32,253 nt of DNA from a bacterium (lineage in GTDB: Bacteria > Verrucomicrobiota > Kiritimatiellia > RFP12 > CAIWXQ01). This document shows, one piece after another, positions 7,592-16,914 of this stretch. Every line of letters begins with the position of its first letter. The first letter of the stretch is position 1. The DNA lies in contig JBAXVM010000003.1 in the NCBI GenBank assembly GCA_037129105.1, positions 1-32,253 on the forward strand. Reading direction: 5' to 3'. A program made the translations under genes and the position numbers. The notes beneath the pieces were generated by a model. The model was not told the DNA's origin, ran no database searches, and worked only from the letters and a program-made list of their open reading frames with translations.

Positions 7592-7683
7592 AGGCCGCTC
7601 CTATCGATGGATAAACACAGCCAATGCGCGACACAGAGGGCCCCGCGCGGGCGCGAGCCCGCCTCCTTGACTGGTTGCGATTC

Positions 7684-7712
7684 AGTGTAGTCCTTGCGGC
7701 TCGCCGCTGCAA
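7684..7712 (-). promoter_or_regulatory. Putative sigma70 promoter for the reductase gene (TTGCAG-17-TACACT)
   Basis: Hexamers at 7712-7707 and 7689-7684 on the minus strand with a 17-nt spacer. Confidence 0.4.
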
Positions 7713-7817
7713 CGCTCCTTCGTCGTTCCTTTTTCCGTATGCGGTCCTGGGGCGGTCATGGGATGGCTGCGGAAAATCGCATGGCGCTGGTATGGCTCGC
7801 GGCGGGGCCGGCGGCAA

Positions 7818-7910
7818 GTAGCCCCGGGCCGCCCCGGGCCGAGGGCGGAGTGTGGCGTTGGGCTTGTATGCGCCTTGCGTGCGCTGGGCTCGAGGGCGAG
7901 CCCGCGCTAC
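7818..7910. repeat. GTAG-type REP doublet
   Basis: gtagccccgggccgccccgggccg(7818-7841) and inverted gggctcgagggcgagcccgcgctac(7886-7910). Confidence 0.55.
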
Positions 7911-8067
7911 TGGCCGCAACCGTCTGTCACCAGCACATAACCGACCCATTACCGTCTTCGAGAACTACCGCTTGCGCCCCTCCTCGCGCGCTGATACCCT
8001 CGACGCAACGAACGATGGACGATGCGACGCATGCGAAAGCGCAAACGTTGCAACCGAAAGCAAAACA

Positions 8068-8427
8068 ATGAGAAAGTTCCTGCTGGTGGTGTTGGTGGGC
8101 GTGGCGGGCGTGGCCTTGTGCCTGTGGCACGTGAGACATTTCAAGGCGCAGCCGGCGAACCAAGGGTTCGAAGTTGCCATGGTGACCATGTCCGGGTCAG
8201 CCTGGATCGGGATCAAATACCACACGGAAACGGGCGAGGCCTGGAGTTCCTGGAACGGCAAATGGGTCAAGATCGAGGACCCGACCAAGCTACCCCTAGG
8301 GCGTTACGTCATCCGGATGACGCCCCTGGTCAACGACTGGGCCGCTGTCCGGCTGGAGGTGCTGAGCGGGAAAGCCTGGCAGTGCCAGCAAGGCAAGTGG
8401 ATTGAGCTGACACCTGCCGCACCCTAG
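8068..8427 (+). CDS. Hypothetical membrane-anchored/exported protein with two Trp-rich internal repeats
   Basis: Hydrophobic N-terminus MRKFLLVVLVGVAGVALCLW; repeats W.GIKYHTETGEAW...GKW and W.AVRLEVLSGKAW...GKW; 119 aa. Confidence 0.7.
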   Translation: MRKFLLVVLVGVAGVALCLWHVRHFKAQPANQGFEVAMVTMSGSAWIGIKYHTETGEAWSSWNGKWVKIEDPTKLPLGRYVIRMTPLVNDWAAVRLEVLSGKAWQCQQGKWIELTPAAP

Positions 8428-8485
8428 GAACCTGTCTGACTTAGGCTCTGGATCGTTCCAGTGCCTTCTGCCGACAGGTTCCTAG
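8424..8485. mobile_element. 62-bp MITE-like hairpin with CTAG ends, possibly acting as a bidirectional terminator
   Basis: Perfect 13-bp IR ctaggaacctgtc(8424-8436)/gacaggttcctag(8473-8485); inner aggc-t-ctgga/tccag-t-gcct pairing; both flanking TAG stops lie within the CTAG ends. Confidence 0.7.
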
Positions 8486-10413
8486 AGCTCCACCTGCACA
8501 CCGAGCTCCACGACGCGGTTGGGGGGCAGACCGAAGAACGCTGCCGCGCTCTGGGCATTGCGGGCCAGCAGCGTGAAGAGACGGCGGCGCCAGTAGACGC
8601 GCGGGCTGCGGCGGGAGAGCACAAGCGACTCCTTGCCGAGGAAGTAGCTGGCGCGGGACGGGTCGAAGGGGCCATCCGGCAGATCAATGCGCGCCAGCGT
8701 TTCGGGGACGGCTGGCGTTTCCATGAAGCCGTACCGCAGGATGACGCGGGTAATGCCATGCCCAAGGAGCTCAACTTCGTCGCGCTCTTTTTCCAGAACC
8801 GTGGGGGTCTCTTCCATGAGTACTGCCACGATTAAGGTGCGGGCGTGAAGAACCTTGTTATGCCGGTAGTTGTGGAGTAGCGCGCGCGGGACCGCCAGGC
8901 TACTGCTGGTCAGAAACACAGCCGTGCCCGGCACGCGCACCGGCTGCACCTGCGCCACGTCCTGCACAAAGTCCTCAAGCGGGAACGACTGCGACTCGAC
9001 CGTCTTGCGCAGGAAGGCGCGCCCGCTCACCCAGGTGCTCATCAGCAGCACAATCACGGCGGCCAGAATCACCACGATCCAGCCGCCGGACATCAGCTTG
9101 GCCAGGTTGGCGGAGAAAAGCGACAGGTCGAGGAGCAGGAAGCACGCACCAAAAAAGTAGAGCACCGGTCGTGGAATCGCCGGCCAAAAAGCCGGCGCGA
9201 TCAGCAGCATGAGGCAGGAAGTAATCAGCATGTCGGCAGAAACCGTAATGCCGTAGGCGGCCGCCATGTGGGTGGAATCCTTGAACACAAGGATCGCGCC
9301 TACCGTGAACACATACAGCGCAAAACTGATAAACGGCACATACACCTGCCCGATCGTGCTGGCCGAGGTATGGACAATGCGCAGCCGCGGCCAGAATCCG
9401 AGCTGCACCGCCTGGCGGGCCAGCGAGAACGTGCCGGAGATGACCGCCTGCGAAGCAATCACGGTGGCGGCCGTGGCGAGTGCCACGAGAAACGGCACAA
9501 ACCACGCCGGCGCCAGTAGATAGTAAAGATTCGCAGGGGCGGCGGCCGCGCGCCCTGACGCGATGTGCTGCAGCAGATAGGCCCCCTGCCCCATGTAGTT
9601 CAAAAAAAGCGCCGGAAAAACGAGTGCAAACCAGGTGTGCCGGATAGGCTGTTTGCCAAAGTGCCCGATATCCGCATAGAGTACTTCCGCGCCGGTCAGC
9701 GCCAGAAAGACGGTGCCCATGAGCGCAAACCCGGACCAGCCATTAATGGTCATCAGGTGAACAGCATGGATCGGATTGAGCGCCGCGAGGATGGCGGGGT
9801 ATTGGATGATTGCGCGCACACCGAGCACGGCGCACACCGTGAACCAGACCAGCATGACCGGACCGAAGAGGAGTCCGAGGCGCGTGGAACCTTTCGATTG
9901 CAACAGGAAGAGCGCCGTCAACGTGAGCAGCGTCAGCGGAATGATCAGCCATTCCAGCATGGGCGCAGTAACCATCACGCCTTCCACGGCGCTCAACACG
10001 GAGATGGCTGGCGTAATCACACCATCGCTGAACAGCAGCGCGGCGCCAACCGCACCAACCGTGGCCAGGAGCACGCCGTTGCGCAGTCGCTGCGGACCCA
10101 GGCGCACGACCAGCGCCTGGAGCGCGATAATCCCGCCCTCGCCGCGGTTATCCGCGCGCAAAACCAGCAGGATGTACTTCACGCAAACAACGAGCACCAG
10201 CAGCCAGAACAGCAGCGAAACCGTTCCCAGAACATTTGCGGACGTGAGGTCGAGTTTGTGCGATCCAACAAAGCACTCGCGCAGGGCATACAGCGGGCTT
10301 GTGCCGATATCGCCGAACACCACGCCCAGCGCCGCCACCATCAGGGCCAGCGTCCTGGCGCGGCTGCCGGTCGCCGCCGGTCCGTCAGCCACCACTGGAG
10401 TGTCGTTGCTCAT
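8482..10413 (-). CDS. kup: KUP/HAK/KT potassium uptake transporter
   Basis: GVVFGDIGTSPLYA, RADNRGEGG, TGAEVLYADIGHFG, AAAYG, C-terminal VVELGVQVEL. Confidence 0.95.
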   Translation of the reverse strand: MSNDTPVVADGPAATGSRARTLALMVAALGVVFGDIGTSPLYALRECFVGSHKLDLTSANVLGTVSLLFWLLVLVVCVKYILLVLRADNRGEGGIIALQALVVRLGPQRLRNGVLLATVGAVGAALLFSDGVITPAISVLSAVEGVMVTAPMLEWLIIPLTLLTLTALFLLQSKGSTRLGLLFGPVMLVWFTVCAVLGVRAIIQYPAILAALNPIHAVHLMTINGWSGFALMGTVFLALTGAEVLYADIGHFGKQPIRHTWFALVFPALFLNYMGQGAYLLQHIASGRAAAAPANLYYLLAPAWFVPFLVALATAATVIASQAVISGTFSLARQAVQLGFWPRLRIVHTSASTIGQVYVPFISFALYVFTVGAILVFKDSTHMAAAYGITVSADMLITSCLMLLIAPAFWPAIPRPVLYFFGACFLLLDLSLFSANLAKLMSGGWIVVILAAVIVLLMSTWVSGRAFLRKTVESQSFPLEDFVQDVAQVQPVRVPGTAVFLTSSSLAVPRALLHNYRHNKVLHARTLIVAVLMEETPTVLEKERDEVELLGHGITRVILRYGFMETPAVPETLARIDLPDGPFDPSRASYFLGKESLVLSRRSPRVYWRRRLFTLLARNAQSAAAFFGLPPNRVVELGVQVEL

Positions 10414-10442
10414 CGGTTGCGTGAGACAGACGCCGGAACGTC

Positions 10443-10487
10443 AATAAACGAAACGGCGGCCACGTCCGTCAGGACGCCGCCGCCGTT
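10443..10487 (-). terminator. Intrinsic terminator of the ribosomal operon after rplQ
   Basis: Hairpin aacggcggc..cgtcc-loop-ggacg..gccgccgtt followed on the minus strand by T-rich tcgtttatt. Confidence 0.6.
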
Positions 10488-10518
10488 GATAAAAACCGCC
10501 GTGTTCACAGGCTCCCTG

Positions 10519-10947
10519 CTATGCCGGCTGCCCGGCTGTCTGTTCCTTGACAGCGGTCTTGGCCTTGGTCGTCTGCAACGTGGCAGGCGTAACTACAGTC
10601 ACCCATTCAAGGATCGCCATGGTCGAGCCATCGCTGCGGCGCTGGCCGAGCTTGGAAATGCGGGTATACCCGCCTGGCCGCCCGGTGAGCGCGGGAACGA
10701 CCGTTTCAAACAGACGCGCCACAGCCGCAGGGCTGCGCAGGCGGGCGGCCGTCAAACGACGCGCAGCCAGCGTGCCCTTGCGGGCCAGCGTGACGATCTT
10801 TTCCGCGTCCTGCCTGGCCACTTTGGCCTTGGACAGCGTGGTCTGGATGCGATCCCGCAGGATCAGGTTGGCTACCAGCGAACCCAGCATCTGTTCGCGA
10901 TGGGCCGTGGACCGACCGAATTTCTTAGCAACTCTTCTGTGACGCAT
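10519..10947 (-). CDS. rplQ: 50S ribosomal protein L17
   Basis: MRHR...GRSTAHR, I.TT..KAK, GGYTRI.K...R.SDG. Confidence 0.97.
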   Translation of the reverse strand: MRHRRVAKKFGRSTAHREQMLGSLVANLILRDRIQTTLSKAKVARQDAEKIVTLARKGTLAARRLTAARLRSPAAVARLFETVVPALTGRPGGYTRISKLGQRRSDGSTMAILEWVTVVTPATLQTTKAKTAVKEQTAGQPA

Positions 10948-11023
10948 GACTCTCGCGCTCCATGTGGGCTGCGCCGCAACAAGCGGCGATCCAGATTCAA
11001 TCCGCGCCGGGAACCGCGGAAAA

Positions 11024-12049
11024 CTATTCCTCGGACGGACTCTTCTTCTTCGCCGCCGCCATGACTTCCAGCATCTCGGCGTCGAACTTGTACCCCAGGG
11101 ATAGGCCGAGTTCCAACAGCTTGTCCTTGATCTCGTTCAGCGACTTCTTCCCAAAGTTACGATACTTGAGCATATCGGCCTCGGTCTTCAACGCCAGCTC
11201 GCCGACACTGGTGATATTGGCGTTGTTGAGGCAGTTGGCGGCGCGAACGCTGAGCTCAATCTCGTTGACACTCATGTTGAGCACCTTGCGGATGCGGTCG
11301 CGCTCCTCGTCAACCTTGCGCTCGGCTTCCTCAAACTCCACCACTTCCTCGCTGTAATCCACGAAAACATCGAGGTGATGACGCAGCACGGCGGCAGCAG
11401 TTTTCAGCGCGTCATCCGGGGTCACGCGGCCGTCGGTCCACACATCGAGAATCAGCTTCTCGTAATCGGTGCGCTGGCCAACGCGGGTGTTCTCCACGGC
11501 GAAGTTGACACGCGCGACAGGAGAGAAGCTGCTGTCGACCGGAATTCGGCCGATTTCCTGCTCTGCAGTCTTATTCCATTCGGCCGGGAAAAATCCGCGC
11601 CCCGTACGAATCTCGACCTCCATGTCGAGTTCGCCATCCACATCCAGCGTCGCGATATGCTGCGTCGGGTTCAGCACCTCGACGCTGTTGTCGAGCTGAA
11701 AGTCTCCGGCCGTAATCGTGCAGGGGCCCTTGCGCTTGAGCGAAATCCATCGCGGCGAGCGGTTGTAGCTGCGAAGCAGGACGCGCTTGAGGTTCAGGAT
11801 GATATCCGTGACATCTTCGCTGACACCCGTCAGGGCGCAAAACTCATGATTTGCCCCCTTGATGCGCACAGAAGTGATGGCCACACCCTCGATCGAGGAA
11901 AGCAGCACCCGGCGCAAGGAGTTGCCCACGGTGCGCGCATAACCAACCTCAAAGGGTTCGGCCACAAAACGCGAGTACGTGGGGGTGGCGGTAGTCTCAT
12001 CCTTGACCACGCGCTTGGGCATCTCAAATCGGCTGAGTCGAATCGGCAT
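11024..12049 (-). CDS. rpoA: RNA polymerase alpha subunit
   Basis: GNSLRRVLLSS, TRVGQRTDY, ELSVRAANCL, RNFGKKSL. Confidence 0.98.
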   Translation of the reverse strand: MPIRLSRFEMPKRVVKDETTATPTYSRFVAEPFEVGYARTVGNSLRRVLLSSIEGVAITSVRIKGANHEFCALTGVSEDVTDIILNLKRVLLRSYNRSPRWISLKRKGPCTITAGDFQLDNSVEVLNPTQHIATLDVDGELDMEVEIRTGRGFFPAEWNKTAEQEIGRIPVDSSFSPVARVNFAVENTRVGQRTDYEKLILDVWTDGRVTPDDALKTAAAVLRHHLDVFVDYSEEVVEFEEAERKVDEERDRIRKVLNMSVNEIELSVRAANCLNNANITSVGELALKTEADMLKYRNFGKKSLNEIKDKLLELGLSLGYKFDAEMLEVMAAAKKKSPSEE

Positions 12050-12109
12050 GTCTCATCCTTTCAGGCGTTCTGCCGCGTTGCCGCGACACGCCCACCATCA
12101 CGCATTGAC

Positions 12110-12739
12110 CTAGCGCGAGTAAAGTTCCACAACGGCCTGTTCATTCACGATCGGAGCAATCTGCTCGCGCGTCGGAACGGCCATCACCTCGCCACGAAAA
12201 TCCTTCTTGTCCAGCGCCAGCCACCCCGGCGTCTGCTGTGTCGTAGCGGCTTCGAGCGCACGCGTGGCCAGATCACGGCTGCGGGCCTGATTGCGCACTT
12301 CCACCACATCGCCGGCCTTGAGGATGATGGACGGCACGTTGGCCAGCTTGCCGTTGACCAGCATGTGTCGGTGCAGCACGAACTGCCGCGCCGCACGACG
12401 CGACGCCGCAAATCCAAGCCGGTACACGAGATTATCGAGCCGCAGTTCCAGCATCTGCAGCAACAGCTCACCGGTGACGCCCTGGCGGCGCAACGCTTCG
12501 CGGAAGAAACGCTTGAACTGCACTTCCTGCATGCCGAACTGGCGGCGCAGGCGCTGCTTTTCACGCAACTGCGCGCCGTACTCCGACATCTTGCGGGCGC
12601 GGCGGGCCACATGCATGCCTGGGGCGCCATGCCCCTGGTCGATGGCGCACTTTGCCATATAGCAACGCGCACCCTTCAAGAACAACTTCATCCCCTCGCG
12701 GCGGCACAGCCGGCAGGCGGGTCCTGTGTACCTACCCAT
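12110..12739 (-). CDS. rpsD: 30S ribosomal protein S4 (Zn-binding type)
   Basis: MGRYTGPACRLCRREG, QLREKQ, LELRLDNLVYRLG, VELYSR. Confidence 0.97.
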   Translation of the reverse strand: MGRYTGPACRLCRREGMKLFLKGARCYMAKCAIDQGHGAPGMHVARRARKMSEYGAQLREKQRLRRQFGMQEVQFKRFFREALRRQGVTGELLLQMLELRLDNLVYRLGFAASRRAARQFVLHRHMLVNGKLANVPSIILKAGDVVEVRNQARSRDLATRALEAATTQQTPGWLALDKKDFRGEVMAVPTREQIAPIVNEQAVVELYSR

Positions 12740-13239
12740 TAGACTCTCCTTCTCTTACGCGCACGGCAACCATTGTGCGCAATCGGCGTGCAATCGCGAA
12801 CCACACTGATATGGATCCCGGCAGACTGAATCGCGCGTACGGCGGACTCACGTCCTGCGCCAGCGCCCTGCACGCGAACCTCCACCTCATGCATGCCCTT
12901 GGCCACGGCCTGTCGGGCAGCGTCCTGAGCAACCATGGTGGCCGCAAAGGCCGTGCACTTGCGCGAGCCGCGGAACCCGGCCTTACCGGCCGAACTCCAC
13001 GCAATCACACCACCGCGCGCATCGGTGATGGAAACAATGGTGTTGTTAAAAGACGAACGCACAAAGGCAATACCGGATGGAATCGACCGTACTTTCGCCT
13101 TGCGGATCTTCGCGTCAGCCGCAGCCTTGGCCTTCGCATCATCGCCTTCGCCCAGAATTGCAGCCGCCTCGCTATTGACGGGGGCGGCCGTGGCCGGAGC
13201 CGCGGCGGGCTTTTCCTGAATGGTTACTTCTTCGCTCAT
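12739..13239 (-). CDS. rpsK: 30S ribosomal protein S11 with Ala-rich N-terminal extension
   Basis: SFNNTIVSITD, GFRGSRK, G.GRESA, PIAHNGCR.RKRRRV. Confidence 0.95.
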   Translation of the reverse strand: MSEEVTIQEKPAAAPATAAPVNSEAAAILGEGDDAKAKAAADAKIRKAKVRSIPSGIAFVRSSFNNTIVSITDARGGVIAWSSAGKAGFRGSRKCTAFAATMVAQDAARQAVAKGMHEVEVRVQGAGAGRESAVRAIQSAGIHISVVRDCTPIAHNGCRARKRRRV

Positions 13240-13313
13240 GCGTCAGCCTCGGGGGTATCTTCGGTGCGGCTGCACCGCCGTCCGACGGCATACGTGCCGA
13301 CGGAACGCGCGGA

Positions 13314-13724
13314 TTAAGCCTTCTTATCGTCGCTCTTGATTGCCTGGCGAACGGCCTTGTCGCGGACGGCGCCAACGGTTTTCTTCGCGCCCTTGCGGGT
13401 GCGAGCATTCGTGCGTGTACGCTGCCCGCGCACCGGCAGCCCGCGCTTGTGCCGCATGCCGCGGTACGAGCCGATGCTGATCAGGCGGCGGATGTTCTGC
13501 GACACTTCACGTCGCAAATCACCTTCCACGCGATAGTGCTCTTGGATAAAAGCAGTAATATGACGGATCTCGTCCGGTGTCAGGTCGCCCGCCTTCTTGG
13601 CCGGATCAATCTTGCACTGCGCCACGACTACGTGAGCACGTGTGATCCCGACGCCGAAAAGGTATGCTAGCGCGTAAGCCACGCGCTTCCTGTCCGGAAT
13701 ATCCACACCCAACAATCTTGGCAT
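13314..13724 (-). CDS. rpsM: 30S ribosomal protein S13
   Basis: MPRLLGVDIP, GLPVRGQRTRTNARTRKG; start set to ATG13724 after a GGAG SD. Confidence 0.97.
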   Translation of the reverse strand: MPRLLGVDIPDRKRVAYALAYLFGVGITRAHVVVAQCKIDPAKKAGDLTPDEIRHITAFIQEHYRVEGDLRREVSQNIRRLISIGSYRGMRHKRGLPVRGQRTRTNARTRKGAKKTVGAVRDKAVRQAIKSDDKKA

Positions 13725-13737
13725 GGCAACTCTCCAA

Positions 13738-13851
13738 CTATCCTTGGCGCTGTTTATGGCGCGGATTGGTGCAAATGATGCGCACAACGCCACGCCGCCG
13801 TACCACACGGCAGCGCTCGCATATTCGCCTGACGGAACTGCGAACTTTCAT
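13738..13851 (-). CDS. rpmJ: 50S ribosomal protein L36 (not in the ORF track)
   Basis: Manual translation [37 protein letters not shown]. Confidence 0.97.
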   Translation of the reverse strand: MKVRSSVRRICERCRVVRRRGVVRIICTNPRHKQRQG

Positions 13852-13927
13852 GACTTCGTTTCCCCGTTCAAAAAGAGATTTAAGATACCCAATTCCCACC
13901 CCCAAAGTCCATCACAAAAAAAATAAA

Positions 13928-14692
13928 TTATACAAGCGTCATAATCTCCGCGCCATCCGCACACACGCACACCGTGTGTTCGAAGTGCGCCGACAGCCTT
14001 CGGTCACGCGTCACCACGGTCCACTTGTCGGCCAGTATCTCCACCTCGGCGCCACCGAGGTTGACCATCGGCTCAATGCAAAACGTCATGCCAGGCTTCA
14101 GTAACGGGCCATGCCCAGGCTTGCCATAGTTTGGCACCTGCGGCTCCTCGTGCAGTTCACGTCCGACACCGTGGCCGACAAACTCACGCACCACACGGCA
14201 CCCGCCTGCGCGCACTGTCTGCTCCACGGCGGACGACACATCGGACAGATGCGCGCCCGCACGCACGGCCGCAATCCCTGCCTCCAGCGCGCGTCGCGTC
14301 GTGGCCGTCAGGCGCTCACCATCCGGCGACGCCGCACCGACGATCACTGTAGTCGCGGTGTCGCCAATGAAGCCTTCGTGCTTCACGCCCACATCAATCG
14401 ACACCAGGTCTCCGGACTCGATCCGCCGCGGGCCGGGGATACCGTGGATAACCTCCTCGTTCACCGAGACACAAATCGCACCGGGAAACAACACGGCTCC
14501 GCCGGCGCCGCGATACCCGAGAAAGGCACTGGTAGCGCCGCGTGCCAGAATCAACTCCCGCGCGAGCTCATCCAGTTCACGCGTGGTCATTCCGGGCACG
14601 ACCGCCGCGGCGAGCCGCTGCAGGATCCCGGCGGCTATCCTTCCGCTCACGCGCATCGCCGCGAGTTCGCTCTCGGTCTTGCAAACAATCAT
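13928..14692 (-). CDS. map: Methionine aminopeptidase type I
   Basis: CVSVNEEVIHGIP, GHGVG..LHEEPQV, IEPM, SAHFEHT; ATGA overlap with the adk stop. Confidence 0.96.
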   Translation of the reverse strand: MIVCKTESELAAMRVSGRIAAGILQRLAAAVVPGMTTRELDELARELILARGATSAFLGYRGAGGAVLFPGAICVSVNEEVIHGIPGPRRIESGDLVSIDVGVKHEGFIGDTATTVIVGAASPDGERLTATTRRALEAGIAAVRAGAHLSDVSSAVEQTVRAGGCRVVREFVGHGVGRELHEEPQVPNYGKPGHGPLLKPGMTFCIEPMVNLGGAEVEILADKWTVVTRDRRLSAHFEHTVCVCADGAEIMTLV

Positions 14693-15333
14693 TGCAATGC
14701 CTGAACAATCCGCCCGGCGACTTCGTCCGCGGCACCCACCCCATCCACCCGCACCAGCAATCCGCGGGCACCGTACCACTCGATCAGCGGCGCGGTATCC
14801 TTGCGAAACACGCCAAGCCGTTGGCGTACGGTTTCGCTGTTGTCGTCCTTGCGCTGCACCAGGTCAACCTGACAGGCGTCACACTTGCCCGCCACGCGAG
14901 GCGGCAGCGTACGCACATGGTAGCCCTTGGAGCAGGCAGGACACATCAGACGTCCAGCCAACCGCTCAATCAAAATTTCCTCGGCCACGTCCAGCAGCAC
15001 CGTGCCGCGAATGCGCCCGCCTTGCGCCGCAACCACCGTCTCCAGCATCTCGGCCTGCGCTACCGTGCGCGGAAAGCCGTCCAGCAGGACCTGCAGATCA
15101 GCGCCCCCCGCAACCAGCAGATCGGTAATAATCCGTCCGATCAACTCGTCGGGCACAAGCTTTCCCTGCTTCATGTACCCATCCGCCTCGCGGCCGGCCG
15201 GGGTGCCCTGCTTAACGGCACTGCGCAGCAGATCCCCACTCGAGACGTGGCGTACGCCCAAACAGCCGACGAGCCGTTCGGCGGCCGTTCCTTTGCCAGA
15301 GCCCGGGGCGCCAAGAAGGATGATTGCTTCCAT
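14689..15333 (-). CDS. adk: Adenylate kinase with Zn-lid
   Basis: GAPGSGKGT, SGDLLR, LDGFPRT, CPAC...CDAC lid, QRKDD. Confidence 0.96.
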   Translation of the reverse strand: MEAIILLGAPGSGKGTAAERLVGCLGVRHVSSGDLLRSAVKQGTPAGREADGYMKQGKLVPDELIGRIITDLLVAGGADLQVLLDGFPRTVAQAEMLETVVAAQGGRIRGTVLLDVAEEILIERLAGRLMCPACSKGYHVRTLPPRVAGKCDACQVDLVQRKDDNSETVRQRLGVFRKDTAPLIEWYGARGLLVRVDGVGAADEVAGRIVQALQ

Positions 15334-15367
15334 GTGATTGTGAACAGACGGGTTACGGACAGACTGA

Positions 15368-16756
15368 CTACTTCCGCCCCTGCAAACGGCCGTGCTTGAG
15401 AAAGCCGTCATAGTTGCGCATGAGCAGGTGGGACTCCATCTGCCGCAGGGTGTCGAGCGCCACGCCCACAACAATCAGCAGGCTTGAGCCACCGAAGAAC
15501 GAGGACATCTCCCACGGAATTTTCAGGTAGGCGCGCAGGGCCTGCGGCACAATGGCCACCGTCACCAGCCCGAGTGCGCCAAAGAAGGTCACGCGCGTCA
15601 TCACCATATCCAGGTGCTCCGCCGTGGCCATACCGGGGCGGATGCCGGGCACATACGAGCCATTGCGCTTGAGGTCGTCCGAGATGCGCACAGCGTTAAA
15701 CTGCGTAGCCACCCAGAAGTACGAAAAGAAAAAGATGAGCACGGCATAGCATAAAATATGCACCGGGCTAGCCATGTCGTTGAGGCTGCTGCCAAAGGTC
15801 TGCAGCCCCACCAGGATCGAATGCAGGAAGGGTGTGGCAAACGCATCCGGCGAGATGCGGCTCATAGCGGCGCCGGAAAACTGGATCAGCGGCTGGGCAA
15901 AGATGATGGGCATCACGCCGGAGTAATTTACGCGCAGCGGCATATAGGTGTTCTGGCCGCCGTACTGTTTGGTGCCCACCACGCGCTTGGTGGAATGGAT
16001 CGGGATCTTGCGGAGCCCCTGCGTCAGCATGACGGTTCCCATGACGACCAGAAAACCGAGCACCAGCAGCAGCAGCAATTCAAAAATGCTGGCGCCGCCG
16101 ACGGTGAAGTACCGCTGCCAAGCCTCGAAAATGGCGGCCGGCAGGCGGCTGCAGATGTTCACCATAATCACAACCGAACTGCCGTTGCCAATACCGCGCA
16201 GCGTAATCTGGTCACCCAGCCACACGATAAACATCGTGGACGTGGTCATGGTGAGAACGGTCAGCAGGCGAAACGGAAGGCCGCAGAATGAGGGGTCGAC
16301 CAGATTGAGCTCCCCCATGCCGAGCGCACCCGGCTTTTCAAGCACCGCCGCCAGCGCGTACGACTGGCAAATCACCAGCACCAGCGTGAGATAACGTGCG
16401 TACTGGTTGATTTTGGCGCGCCCGGCGTCGCCCTCACGCGAGAGCCGCTCCAGCGCGGGGATGACTGCCGTCAACAGCTGAACCACAATCGTTGCGCTGA
16501 TGTACGGCCAGATGCTGAAAAACCCGACCGAGCACTGGCTCATCGCGCCGCCGCTAAAGACATCAAACCAACCCATCAGCCCGCCACCGCCGGTTTGCTC
16601 ACGAATGCGGTTGAGTGCCTCCTCGAGCGCATGCCAGTCCACACCCGGGGTCGGCACCATGGAAACCAGGCGACAGATAAACACCAGGCCGACCGTAAAC
16701 AAGATGCGCTTGCGCAATTCCGGGATGCGAAACGTATTGGCAAAGGCGGCAAGCAT
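15368..16756 (-). CDS. secY: Preprotein translocase SecY
   Basis: PYISATIVVQLL, GIGNG, GVMPIIFA, PGIRPG, GGSSLLIVVGV. Confidence 0.97.
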   Translation of the reverse strand: MLAAFANTFRIPELRKRILFTVGLVFICRLVSMVPTPGVDWHALEEALNRIREQTGGGGLMGWFDVFSGGAMSQCSVGFFSIWPYISATIVVQLLTAVIPALERLSREGDAGRAKINQYARYLTLVLVICQSYALAAVLEKPGALGMGELNLVDPSFCGLPFRLLTVLTMTTSTMFIVWLGDQITLRGIGNGSSVVIMVNICSRLPAAIFEAWQRYFTVGGASIFELLLLLVLGFLVVMGTVMLTQGLRKIPIHSTKRVVGTKQYGGQNTYMPLRVNYSGVMPIIFAQPLIQFSGAAMSRISPDAFATPFLHSILVGLQTFGSSLNDMASPVHILCYAVLIFFFSYFWVATQFNAVRISDDLKRNGSYVPGIRPGMATAEHLDMVMTRVTFFGALGLVTVAIVPQALRAYLKIPWEMSSFFGGSSLLIVVGVALDTLRQMESHLLMRNYDGFLKHGRLQGRK

Positions 16757-16914
16757 GGCATGTCCTCGGGGGCAGGAGTACGGGGTCAAGAATCAGGATG
16801 CCGAAGGGGGTACGCAAGCCAGTACCATCATGAAGCCACCCGCCGTCTCAACCTGACACGTGAACGCCGACGTCTCCCTTGTAGATGCTGAATTCCGACT
16901 CCTGAATACAACTA

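Noticed and set aside
8016-8066. c-di-GMP-I riboswitch-like words (gaaa, cgcaaa) upstream of the small gene
   Set aside because: Required P1/P2 stems and motif order are not found
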